From: Candidatus Parcubacteria bacterium
GTDB lineage: Bacteria > Patescibacteriota > Patescibacteriia > CAIXNZ01
Reading direction: 5' to 3'
NCBI GenBank assembly: GCA_026395685.1
Contig: JAPLYG010000016.1
Coordinates: forward strand, 1,035-65,034
Length of the DNA: 64,000 bases
Below are positions 19,289 through 28,928 of the stretch, piece by piece. Below the pieces are notes generated by a model. That model was not told the origin of the DNA. It ran no database searches and was given only the letters and a program-made list of their open reading frames with translations. The translations under genes were made by a program, and so were the position numbers. The first letter of the stretch is position 1. Every line of letters starts with the position of its first letter.

Positions 19289-21973
19289 TCAAATACTATT
19301 TTCCTTAATATTATTAGCTTTCTTTTCTCTGTATATATAGCTTATTTTGCCCAATTCAATGGCAAATATTTTTACGACAGCAATCCCTATTACAATCAGC
19401 CAGTCGCTAAAAACTATAGCCTTCAGCGCAAAAATATTCTGGATTGCAGGCGTATAAATTATCACAAGCTGCGCAATGAAAGCGGCTAAAACTGCAATAA
19501 TTAAATATTTATTTGACCAGAGCTTAATTCGCCAAATCGGCTGGCGCAAGCTTTTACAGGAAAAAGAATAAATCAGAGAGCTTATTACAATTGAGGTAAA
19601 AATTAAAGTGCGGATATATGCAATCTCATAATGTACACCTAGCAAATAAATAAAAATTATAAATAAAACCATATCAGTTATAATACCGATAAAAAATATT
19701 AGAAAATTCATTTCCTGATTTAAAATTGGTTCGTTTTTCTTACGCGGCCTAAACTTCATTACATCTTTTTCTCCTGGTTCAAAAGTCAAGGCAATATTTG
19801 GGAAACCGTCAGAAATAATATTAACATACAATATCTGCAAAGCAGTCAAAGGTAAAGGCAGACCCGCAACCAAGGAACCAACTACCAGTACCATCTGAGT
19901 AAAACTGTCTGCCAACAAATAAACAACAATCTTCCTGACATTATCAAAAATAACTCTTCCTTGGCGTACTGCATCCACAATTGTTTTAAAATTATCATCT
20001 AACAATATTATATCGGATGCTTCTTTGGCAACATCCGTGCCAGAGCCTAAAGCGACGCCAATATCTGAACTTTTTAAAGCCGGCGCATCATTTACGCCAT
20101 CCCCTAACATCGCCACCACCTCACCGTTTGCCTGCCAGGCATCGACAATTCGTAATTTATGTTTGGGAGAAACGCGGGAATAAATGGTAATTTCTCTTAC
20201 CTTTGCTTTTAATTCATCATCGCTTAATTTATCCAGGTCATCCCCTTCCAGTATATTTTTCTCATTAACTTTGAGTCCGATATCCTCGGCAATTGTTTTG
20301 ACGGTAAGTTTGTGATCACCCGTTATTATAATAGGCCTAATACCTGCTTCTTTACATAAATCAATTGTCATTTTTGCATCCTTACGCAACGGGTCTTTCA
20401 GCCCCAATACACCGGCAAAAATAAGATCAGCAAACTTTTGTTCTGAAAGTTCATTTACTTTGTGATCAACCTCCTTGTAAGCTATGGCTAAAACCCGCAA
20501 ACCCTGTATTGTTAAATTGTTGATATTCGCAATAATTTTCTTCTTCAGATCTTCATCAATTTTTATAATCTGCTCATTAATCTTGATTTCGGAACAAAAA
20601 TCCAAGACTCTTTCAGGAGCACCTTTTAAATAAATTATATTTTTGAGATTATTTATTTTATGAAGCGTTGCCATGTATTTCAAATCCGTACCAAAAGGTA
20701 TTTCATCTAGCCTGGGCAAATTATCTCTTAATTTCTGATAATCAAACCCGATTTCAATGCCTGCCTTTAAAATAGCTGTCTCGGTCGGATCACCTATAAA
20801 TTCTTCCGTTAAATTTTCTTCTGAAGTGCTTAAAGATGCATTATTGCTTATTACTGCCATGGAAAAAAGCTGCATATGATCAGCAATCTTTTTTACTTTC
20901 GTTGGCGAATCGAGCATATCTTTTTCCAAATCACAAAAGCCAGTCAGAGAGTAAGCTACCCTCATCTTACCTTCGGTCAAAGTACCTGTTTTATCGCTGC
21001 AAATCACAGAAGTAGAACCCAAAGTTTCAGCAGCCAATAACTTCCGAACCAAAGCTTTTTTACGTAAAATCTTCTGCATTCCAACGGTTAAAATAATGGT
21101 CAAAGAAACCAAAAGTCCTTCCGGGATTGAAGCCACGGCAATTGCCACAGCTGTTTCAAACATAACAAACAAATCATTGCCTAAAAAAATCCCTAAGATA
21201 AAAATAAATAGACATAATACTAAAATCACCATCCCTAATAAATTGCCAAAATGTTCCAACCCGGCTTGCAACGGGGTAGCCTCGCGTTCAGTTTCTCTTA
21301 TTAAACTGGCAATTTCTCCTAAATGTGTTTTTGTTCCTGTCTCTGTAATTATGACTTTAGCCCTGCCCCGGGTTACTATTGTGCCCATGAAAACTAAATT
21401 TGTTCGTTCAGCCAAATTAATGCCCTTAGCCAAGACTGAAGTATCTTTATTTACCGGCATTGATTCACCGGTAAGTGTTGCCTCGTTAAGCTGTAAATTG
21501 TAACTTTCCAAAATTCTTCCATCTGCGCCGACGCGATCACCCGCTTCTAGCAGTAAAATGTCGCCAATTACCAAATTTTGGCTGGAAATTATTATTTCCT
21601 TATTATCTCTGATCACTTTTGATTTAAAGGTGACTAATTTTCTCAAATGCTCTAGCGTTTTTTCAGCTTTATTTTCTTGTAAAAATCCAACCAAAGAATT
21701 AATCACAACGGCTGATAATATAACACCCGCATCAATAAACTCATGTAAAATAAAAGAAACTAAACCCGCAACGATTAATATATAGATCATCGGGCTTTTA
21801 AACTGCCGTAATAAAATAAAAATCCAAGAGGCTTTGGGGGATTCAGGAAGTTTGTTTATGCCAAATTTAATTAAACGACGGCCAACTTCTTCCTTATTTA
21901 ATCCTGATTCTTTCGCGCCTAAAAGCCGAAAAACCTCATTTAGCTCTAGATTGTGCCATAATAAATTAGGCAT
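19289..21973 (-). CDS. Cation-transporting P-type ATPase (type IIA, Ca2+-like)
   Basis: TGES, IPEGL, DKTGT, GDGVNDAPAL. Confidence 0.95.
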   Translation of the reverse strand: MPNLLWHNLELNEVFRLLGAKESGLNKEEVGRRLIKFGINKLPESPKASWIFILLRQFKSPMIYILIVAGLVSFILHEFIDAGVILSAVVINSLVGFLQENKAEKTLEHLRKLVTFKSKVIRDNKEIIISSQNLVIGDILLLEAGDRVGADGRILESYNLQLNEATLTGESMPVNKDTSVLAKGINLAERTNLVFMGTIVTRGRAKVIITETGTKTHLGEIASLIRETEREATPLQAGLEHFGNLLGMVILVLCLFIFILGIFLGNDLFVMFETAVAIAVASIPEGLLVSLTIILTVGMQKILRKKALVRKLLAAETLGSTSVICSDKTGTLTEGKMRVAYSLTGFCDLEKDMLDSPTKVKKIADHMQLFSMAVISNNASLSTSEENLTEEFIGDPTETAILKAGIEIGFDYQKLRDNLPRLDEIPFGTDLKYMATLHKINNLKNIIYLKGAPERVLDFCSEIKINEQIIKIDEDLKKKIIANINNLTIQGLRVLAIAYKEVDHKVNELSEQKFADLIFAGVLGLKDPLRKDAKMTIDLCKEAGIRPIIITGDHKLTVKTIAEDIGLKVNEKNILEGDDLDKLSDDELKAKVREITIYSRVSPKHKLRIVDAWQANGEVVAMLGDGVNDAPALKSSDIGVALGSGTDVAKEASDIILLDDNFKTIVDAVRQGRVIFDNVRKIVVYLLADSFTQMVLVVGSLVAGLPLPLTALQILYVNIISDGFPNIALTFEPGEKDVMKFRPRKKNEPILNQEMNFLIFFIGIITDMVLFIIFIYLLGVHYEIAYIRTLIFTSIVISSLIYSFSCKSLRQPIWRIKLWSNKYLIIAVLAAFIAQLVIIYTPAIQNIFALKAIVFSDWLIVIGIAVVKIFAIELGKISYIYREKKANNIKENSI

Positions 21974-22032
21974 ATAATTTTGATGCTATTTAACTATTAA
22001 TTAATTATATCAAATATTACAAATTAATTATA

Positions 22033-22196
22033 CTAAAAAAGATTGCCAGTTTTGGCAATCTTTTCTTGGTGACCCGGCCTGCCTTCGCTTCCTCCTACGC
22101 CAAGACTTATGCGGACAAGAAAGCTTCGGCAGACAGGCTGGGGCTCGAACCCCCGCCTTCATCCCGCGTTGCGGAATTTCGGCGGGCAGGCAGGAC
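22033..22196 (-). repeat. Duplicate of tRNA-Lys 3' part plus terminator, interrupted by palindromic insertions
   Basis: Matches 22225..22290 once inserts 22078-22137 and 22152-22190 are removed. Confidence 0.85.
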
Positions 22197-22259
22197 TATT
22201 CTTATTTTGATTGAAGCAGAGGGTCTAAAAAAAGATTGCCAGTTTTGGCAATCTTTTCT

Positions 22260-22335
22260 TGGTGACCCGGCTGGGGCTCGAACCCAGGACCCTCTGCTTA
22301 AAAGGCAGATGCTCTACCGACTGAGCTACCGAGTC
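22260..22335 (-). tRNA. tRNA-Lys(TTT)
   Basis: GACTCGG/CCGGGTC, TCTGC-CTTTTAA-GCAGA, encoded CCA. Confidence 0.95.
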
Positions 22336-22505
22336 ATATGTTTAGTTTATAATTCAAAGTTTAAAATGCAAAATTGCAATTTATAATTATAAATTTTGGT
22401 ATTATATTTAAATAAATTTTCCAAAATTTTAAACTATAAATTGTCCCTCAAAGCGGGATGCCGCTTCGCGGCATAACTTTAAACTTTGCACTTTTAACTA
22501 ACTTG

Positions 22506-22579
22506 TTGCGGGGGTCGGATTTGAACCGACGACCTCCGGGTTATGGGCCCGGCGAGCTGCCAGACTGCTCTACCCCGCG
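22506..22579 (-). tRNA. Initiator tRNA-fMet(CAT)
   Basis: C1:A72 mismatch, GGG/CCC anticodon stem, loop CCCATAA. Confidence 0.93.
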
Positions 22580-22688
22580 ATGATTAAATAAAAAATAACC
22601 ACTGCTGGTTAACACAATTATAGCAAAAACCACGTAAATCTTAAAGTTTTTATTATTATAATCCCTTTTTCAAAATAAATCAAGTCCG

Positions 22689-23324
22689 CTAACTGCTTTT
22701 TAGCTCAAATTCCAAAAGATCTTTTTTTGTATTCAAAGGCTGCCAAAAACCTTCATGCTTGTATAACTTAAGCTTTAGCTTGGGAAAGACATCATATTCC
22801 AGGCTTCCTTTAGTTGCTAAGAGATTAATTAAGTCGTCTTTATTAAATAAATACCAGCCACAGCTGACCCAATCCTTCAAAACCGGCTTTTCAATGAACT
22901 TGGCATAGCCATTTTCCTCTGTAACCAAACCAAACGGCAATTGCGGATGAGCCACGCAGATCGCGTTTGGTCCTAATGTTTCCAGTTTTTCTAAATTAAT
23001 ATCAGTAATATCGTCACAATTTAAACAAAGAACAAGATCTGAACTTGCCAGGTCAATTGCCTGCCTTAAAGCGCCAGCCGTGCCTAATGGTTCAGTCTCA
23101 ATGGCAAATTCTATAGGATAGTCGGGATAATTAACCTTAACATAATCAATAATCTCCTCAGCTTTATAGCCTAAAGAAAGAATAATCTTAGCTAACTTTT
23201 TGGTTGCGAATAAATAATCAAGCTGATGCCCCAAAATCGCTTTATCTTTGACTTTGACCAGTGGCTTAGGTAAAACATCTTCCATGCGATTGCCTTTGCC
23301 TCCGGCTAAAATAATTGCTTCCAT
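22689..23324 (-). CDS. Sugar-phosphate nucleotidyltransferase family protein
   Basis: ILAGGKGNRM, PKPL, EPLGTAGA, FIEKP. Confidence 0.85.
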   Translation of the reverse strand: MEAIILAGGKGNRMEDVLPKPLVKVKDKAILGHQLDYLFATKKLAKIILSLGYKAEEIIDYVKVNYPDYPIEFAIETEPLGTAGALRQAIDLASSDLVLCLNCDDITDINLEKLETLGPNAICVAHPQLPFGLVTEENGYAKFIEKPVLKDWVSCGWYLFNKDDLINLLATKGSLEYDVFPKLKLKLYKHEGFWQPLNTKKDLLEFELKSS

Positions 23325-23327
23325 AAT

Positions 23328-24647
23328 TTAGATTAATTTATAGACTTTAGGAATCGGTTTTATAAAATCCTGCGCCCAAGCATAGGTATAAGCGCCCTGA
23401 TTAGGTATGATAATCAAATCATTTTCTGTCATTTTTTGAGCATAGCAATAGTGACCCCAGAAATCTTCAGGCATACATAAATTGCCGTACATCGCCACTT
23501 CTATTTCTTTTAAGGCTGGATGAGTCAAATTAATTACCGGGAAATAGTATGTCGTATAATATTCCCAGCCGACCATATTATTGCCGGCGTTTAAAATTAC
23601 ATTGCCTGAACTTTTAACATCTGCTACCCGCATTACCAGATGCATCGATTTAGCGCTTATTATTCTGCCTGGTTCAAAAAAATAGCTAGACTTAACTATC
23701 GGCTTTAAATGCAAATTAATCGCCTGAAAAATACTCTCTGCATATTGCGACGAGGTTGGAGTTTTGAAAATAAAATACTTATCAAAAAAGTCAAGCCGCT
23801 TATCAAAATATTCAGCCGCCAGCTTTATTATCTCTCCTTGCGGCTCTGCCCAGGGATAATATCCGTCTAAAGCTGTGGGGTAAAATCCGCCGCCCAAATC
23901 AATAAATTTAATTTGCGCTAAGTCAGATTTACTGAAATGAATTTTTAAATATTTCCCCAAAATCCTGATTATTTCCTGATACGGTTGTACTTCCAAATTC
24001 AAACTCATATGGCATTGGATGCCCTGCAATTCAATTTGAGGATATTTTTTTGCCGCTTGCCAGAATCTGGCTAAATCATCAAGAGCAATGCCAAATTTTG
24101 ACCAACTGCCATGCAGTGGGGTATAAATCCTAATACCGGCTCTTATTTTCTCTCCCCTGCCAAGGAGCGCGGCAATTTTTTCTAATTCGCGGAAACTGTC
24201 AATTTGAATAATAACTCTAGCTCGGTTTTTTATGGCTAATTTTAATTCTGACTCGCTTTTACCCGGCCCGCTAAAAATTATTTTCTTAGCCTTGCAGTCC
24301 AAAGCCATTTCTAATTCTCGTCCGCTCGAGACATCAAGGCCCATGCCTTGGCGCACCGCGATTTTCAAAATTTCAGGATAATGATTTGATTTAACCGCAT
24401 AATAAGGCTGCTGATCAAACTTATACTTGCCAAAAGACGATTGAAAGTCTTTAATGCTCGCTATCAGCGATTTAACATCAAACAGATAAAATGGCTCTGA
24501 AGTTTTAGCTGCAATGGCTTTAATCTTTTTCTTTAATTTTAGAGTTTGCCTTACAATTGCTAAAAGACTGCCCCTTTCAGCGGTTACTTTTTGTTTTAGT
24601 AATTTCCAAATTAATTTTTCTTGCGCTGACTGATTCTTTAGCAGCAT
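23328..24647 (-). CDS. PLP-dependent decarboxylase (diaminopimelate/ornithine decarboxylase fold III)
   Basis: YAVKSN, DVSS.RE, SKFG, IDLGGG, FEPGR, GNLC..ED, GAY. Confidence 0.88.
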   Translation of the reverse strand: MLLKNQSAQEKLIWKLLKQKVTAERGSLLAIVRQTLKLKKKIKAIAAKTSEPFYLFDVKSLIASIKDFQSSFGKYKFDQQPYYAVKSNHYPEILKIAVRQGMGLDVSSGRELEMALDCKAKKIIFSGPGKSESELKLAIKNRARVIIQIDSFRELEKIAALLGRGEKIRAGIRIYTPLHGSWSKFGIALDDLARFWQAAKKYPQIELQGIQCHMSLNLEVQPYQEIIRILGKYLKIHFSKSDLAQIKFIDLGGGFYPTALDGYYPWAEPQGEIIKLAAEYFDKRLDFFDKYFIFKTPTSSQYAESIFQAINLHLKPIVKSSYFFEPGRIISAKSMHLVMRVADVKSSGNVILNAGNNMVGWEYYTTYYFPVINLTHPALKEIEVAMYGNLCMPEDFWGHYCYAQKMTENDLIIIPNQGAYTYAWAQDFIKPIPKVYKLI

Positions 24648-24674
24648 AGATTACCCGTTATAACTCCAATAAAT

Positions 24675-27098
24675 CTATTTGGTATTGGCCATTAGATGAA
24701 AATAAGGCGGACGATTTTTATAGCGTTTAATTGCCAAATACATTATTTCTTCAATAAACTGCCCATAATCTTGCCCGGTTAATTCTGCACAATTGGGCAC
24801 GCAATCACCCATATTGATTGAAGGGTTGGGATTTAATTCCAAAACATAAGGGTTGTCATCTTTGTCTACGCGAATTTCTACCCGGCCATAATCATGACAG
24901 TCTAGAATATTGTATGTATCCAAAGCCATTTCGCCCAATAATGTCTCTAACTTTTTACTGATATTGCGTACCGGACGCTGAACAACAATCCCCATCTTTT
25001 CTGCAGAAATATCCGGGGAAAATTTAATATCATGGGTGTAAATGTGCCATTGTCCCTGAGTCATGTCTTTAAAAATTGAGCGGGATAAGGGTAAAACCTT
25101 CAAATCATTTTCTTCACTTCCCAAAATTGAAACATCATATTCATCGCCTTCTATATATTCTTCAATCAAAGCCGGCGAGCCTAAGTCGATAATTACTTTT
25201 TTCAGTTGTTTAGTTAGCTCTTCAGTATTAGTCACAACCGACTCATTAGTAATGCCGATGGAATTATCGGTATTTGAAGGCTTAACAATCAGCGGATAAC
25301 GCAAATTCTGATCAATTTCATCGTCCATTGAATAGACATAATCCCATTTGGGGGTTGGAATGCCATGAAAAGCCAATAACTTTTTAACTCTAATTTTATC
25401 AATACATAAACTTAATGTTGACGGATTCGAACCAGTATAAGGTATTTGCAATATATCCAGCAAGGCGGCGGCATGCGGTTCCAGCAGACTGGAATCATTA
25501 ATCCTTTCACAGACATTAAATACCAAATCCACATCGCTTTCACTTAATTCCTTAAAAGCTTTCTGAATATTATTAAAATCAAAAAAGGTAACTTTATATC
25601 CCCGATCCTTTAAAGTTTTTTCTATATTGCGTCCGACTGACATCAAATCAGCATTGACCAAATTTTCCCCTTCTTCAAAAATATTACAGGCTATGCCTAC
25701 GTGCAATTTCTTTTGTTCAGACTTAGACATCCTTCTGATTTTTTCAATTCTGGCCGCCCGAACAAATAAATCAGGTTTAATAGCTGCTAAAGAAAGACTA
25801 TTTTTTCTGGAAGTTTTACCAAAAGAAGATTCTGGGGCAAACTTTGCCACTTCAAATTTTACATATTTCATCGCCTCTCTCAGATTATCCTGAGCGTCAA
25901 GCAAGCTGTAGCCTGAAGCTGTAATCCAACCCAAATTATCATAGCCTTCAGGAGGAGCAAAAATCGGATCACCTATCTCCTTATAAAAATGCATTTCCCC
26001 GATTGACGGCCATTTTTCAATTTCATAATCAATATTAGCGGAAATCAACACCCCGGAATAATCGGGACGAAAATCCTGACCAATAATATATTTTAAAGGA
26101 TTGTCCGGTTTTTTTATTTTAATGAAGTAACCCAAAGCAACTTTAACCGCATACTCAATCAAATCTACGCCCCAACAGCCTTTAATATAGGAGTAAATAT
26201 AATCACCGCCCATACGCAGATTAATTTCAATTGGCACCGGGCCATGAGGGGTGGATTTTGCCTCCCAATGCACAATGCCATTTTGCAAGCCCAGTTTTTC
26301 CAATGTTTCTTCAGCCTGCTCAAATAATTCCTGCTGTTGCAAAGCTGGCAAACTTGAAGGGATTGATTGCCCAACTTCTACAAAAAATGGCTCCTGCGTC
26401 TGAAAATTATCAGAAATAGACCAAAATTTTACTTTGCCGTTCTGGATAATAATATCAATATCGACTTCATCGCCGTCAATATATTCTTCCACGAAAATAT
26501 CCAGGCCGTCAGCCAAAGCGCTTTCAGTCGTAGTCGAAATATTTTTTTTAATATAATTGTAGGTATTTGCCAAATCATCCTTGCCATTTACCTTGATAAC
26601 AAAAGCGCTGGAAGCGCCATAAGCCGGCTTAATTACTACAGGAAATTTAAAATCATCAGGCAAATTTTGAATTTCAGCCACTGATTTCAGTAAAACATGC
26701 TTTGGCGTAGCAATACCGTTTTGTTCGCAAAAATCCCTGAATAAATATTTATTCCTGACTTTTTTGGCAATATTATAAGGGATGCCTACCCAATTAAATT
26801 TATCAGCAATTTTGGCAGTCAATAAAACATCATCCTCCCAAAAAGTTACCACGCCGCTAATCTTAACTTCCGGATTACTGGCGATAAATTCCTTAATTGC
26901 GTTGATGCATTCAGTCTGATTGGTATTATCCGCCAAAATCCAATGATCAATATATGGCGCTGCCCAATTTTTTTCTTTATTGAGACAAACGACTTTCAAG
27001 CCAAGCCTTTTTAATTTTTGCAGAATAAAACGCTTTTTTATTGACCCGGTATTAACGACCAGAATTGTTTTGTCCTCAAAATTATTTCCGTTTCTCAT
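24675..27098 (-). CDS. Double ATP-grasp ligase: L-amino-acid-ligase-like domain fused to a Ddl-like domain
   Basis: N-half PVVIKP..GASS, EEYIDG.E, EINLRMGG; C-half PYTGS, LIVKP..DNSIGI, YGRVEIR, LELNPNP. Confidence 0.88.
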   Translation of the reverse strand: MRNGNNFEDKTILVVNTGSIKKRFILQKLKRLGLKVVCLNKEKNWAAPYIDHWILADNTNQTECINAIKEFIASNPEVKISGVVTFWEDDVLLTAKIADKFNWVGIPYNIAKKVRNKYLFRDFCEQNGIATPKHVLLKSVAEIQNLPDDFKFPVVIKPAYGASSAFVIKVNGKDDLANTYNYIKKNISTTTESALADGLDIFVEEYIDGDEVDIDIIIQNGKVKFWSISDNFQTQEPFFVEVGQSIPSSLPALQQQELFEQAEETLEKLGLQNGIVHWEAKSTPHGPVPIEINLRMGGDYIYSYIKGCWGVDLIEYAVKVALGYFIKIKKPDNPLKYIIGQDFRPDYSGVLISANIDYEIEKWPSIGEMHFYKEIGDPIFAPPEGYDNLGWITASGYSLLDAQDNLREAMKYVKFEVAKFAPESSFGKTSRKNSLSLAAIKPDLFVRAARIEKIRRMSKSEQKKLHVGIACNIFEEGENLVNADLMSVGRNIEKTLKDRGYKVTFFDFNNIQKAFKELSESDVDLVFNVCERINDSSLLEPHAAALLDILQIPYTGSNPSTLSLCIDKIRVKKLLAFHGIPTPKWDYVYSMDDEIDQNLRYPLIVKPSNTDNSIGITNESVVTNTEELTKQLKKVIIDLGSPALIEEYIEGDEYDVSILGSEENDLKVLPLSRSIFKDMTQGQWHIYTHDIKFSPDISAEKMGIVVQRPVRNISKKLETLLGEMALDTYNILDCHDYGRVEIRVDKDDNPYVLELNPNPSINMGDCVPNCAELTGQDYGQFIEEIMYLAIKRYKNRPPYFHLMANTK

Positions 27099-28369
27099 AT
27101 GAGTGTTTTTAATTCCTCCTGATAAATATTTAGTAACTTAGTTTGTAAATGTTTGGGCGCAGTACGCATGGGATAAACTTTAAAAAATTTATGATGCAGC
27201 ATTTTTTCCTGCTTAATGGTTTTATCCAGATACTTTTTCTTAAATAGCTCCATCAAGTCGCCATGGTGCCCTAAGCGATAAGCCATTAAAAAGGCCAAAC
27301 GTTGTTCGTCTTTAACAGCCGAAGGCATTTCATAAGCGCGTGTAATTTTCTTGGCGAAAAGCGGATATAAATCCCTATATTTAATATTAAAAAAGTCTTT
27401 GTTAAATCCGATTTTTTTGGGGTCACCGCCGACAGCAACTGAATACAGGTAAGCTTTGGCGCACATCGGGCAATGATAGCACCATCTATCCCTTGACGCC
27501 GTATCCAAGGAACAGGACATTAAATATTTTAAAAGCTTGGGATATCGATGGTATAATATTTTCATTTCCGCCAAATTATAAATCCCTTCCACCAGACTAA
27601 CAGCCTGAAAATTTCCTGAACTAAACTTATCAAAATATTTATTCATGGGACTCAAATAAACCGAAGACTGGTCAAATGACGGATAAGATTTAACACCCTG
27701 CTCCATCCAATAATCGTCAAAATTCTTTTCATTGCCTAGAATTAAATATTTTGCCTGGTAATGATAAGAAAAAGGCAACAACTCTAAAGCAAAAATCAAC
27801 ATACCGTTAGCGCTATCCCAGCCTTTTATTTTAATTGGCAAAGCCTTATTGAGATAAATTGCGTCCAAATTATCTTCAAAATATTCTATTTGCTTATGTT
27901 GTTCCCGGCAAAATTGGCTGATTATTCTTTTCTTAAATTTGTGTTCTAAGCTCTGCTCATCCTCCTTTTCAATAACGTATATCAGCCGGCAAGCTAAGCC
28001 TATTTCTTCGGCCAAACCATAAGAAAGCAAGCTGTCCTTGCCAAATGACAAAGCTAAAATCGCCTGAGACTCAACATTCGCCTGAGACGGGAGTTTTGTT
28101 TTTTCTTTTGGAATATGTAAAAAATCTTCTTGGCGATTTTTAATATATAATCCCAGCTGTTTAGTTTTAATTTTATTTAAATAGGCAACTCTGCCTAAGT
28201 CACCAAACAAACCATAATCAACTATTTTTCTGATGACCGGGTTGTTAAATCCAAATTGTATATTAATTTTACCGGAAGCAGCTATCGGCGCTGCACTCGC
28301 ATAAATAAAATTTTCAATTAAAAAATTTTTGGCTTTAAAATCTTTCCAGACACTGCGAGGATAAACCAT
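27095..28369 (-). CDS. PP-loop adenylating enzyme, MurL-like epimerase
   Basis: SFGKDS, GNE, SC...RWCYHCPMC resemble MurL GGKDS, SNE, SCN..WCGxCPKC; frame open to 28453. Confidence 0.65.
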   Translation of the reverse strand: MVYPRSVWKDFKAKNFLIENFIYASAAPIAASGKINIQFGFNNPVIRKIVDYGLFGDLGRVAYLNKIKTKQLGLYIKNRQEDFLHIPKEKTKLPSQANVESQAILALSFGKDSLLSYGLAEEIGLACRLIYVIEKEDEQSLEHKFKKRIISQFCREQHKQIEYFEDNLDAIYLNKALPIKIKGWDSANGMLIFALELLPFSYHYQAKYLILGNEKNFDDYWMEQGVKSYPSFDQSSVYLSPMNKYFDKFSSGNFQAVSLVEGIYNLAEMKILYHRYPKLLKYLMSCSLDTASRDRWCYHCPMCAKAYLYSVAVGGDPKKIGFNKDFFNIKYRDLYPLFAKKITRAYEMPSAVKDEQRLAFLMAYRLGHHGDLMELFKKKYLDKTIKQEKMLHHKFFKVYPMRTAPKHLQTKLLNIYQEELKTLI

Positions 28370-28474
28370 CGGATAAGAATCCTTGCCGTTAATCAGGATA
28401 TTAAAGCCTGAAGGATTAATTGAATATGAAATTTTTACCTGGGAATTTTTGATATTATTAAATTAATTCGCGGC

Positions 28475-28888
28475 TTATTGATACTTATAATCATAGGTTG
28501 AATATGCGACTGTCAATTCCTCGCCTTTTTTTATATTTCTGATGGTTACGAATTTTTCTCCGCCGTCAATTGTTTTCAAATTTGGCGTAGTAGAATTATT
28601 CACAAAAAAAGAAATATCCATGCCATTGAATCCGGTTTCCGGAATATAAACGGAACGATCTTCTTCAATCACGCAAAAATCGTCAACCAATTTTAAGATT
28701 TCTTCATCCAAATCCTTGAGCTCATCCATTTGAAATTTAATCCACTCCAGGCTTTCATTGCCAAAAGGATCAGTCCCTTCAGGAATATCGCGGATGGCAA
28801 AAACGCCCACGCCTTCAACCGCAGACGGCCTCAGCCGGCAATATGTATTTTTTATTTTATTTAAAAGCGTTTCTTTATCAAGAGCCAT
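28475..28888 (-). CDS. SET-domain methyltransferase
   Basis: GVGVFAIRDI, FVNNS..PN (NHS variant), IKKGEELT..Y. Confidence 0.88.
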   Translation of the reverse strand: MALDKETLLNKIKNTYCRLRPSAVEGVGVFAIRDIPEGTDPFGNESLEWIKFQMDELKDLDEEILKLVDDFCVIEEDRSVYIPETGFNGMDISFFVNNSTTPNLKTIDGGEKFVTIRNIKKGEELTVAYSTYDYKYQ

Positions 28889-28928
28889 GACATTAAAATA
28901 AATTATTAATTCGAGTTTCTAATAAAGT

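Noticed and set aside
22066-22386. 106-aa plus-strand ORF
   Set aside because: It runs antisense through tRNA-Lys and the repeat inserts; spurious.
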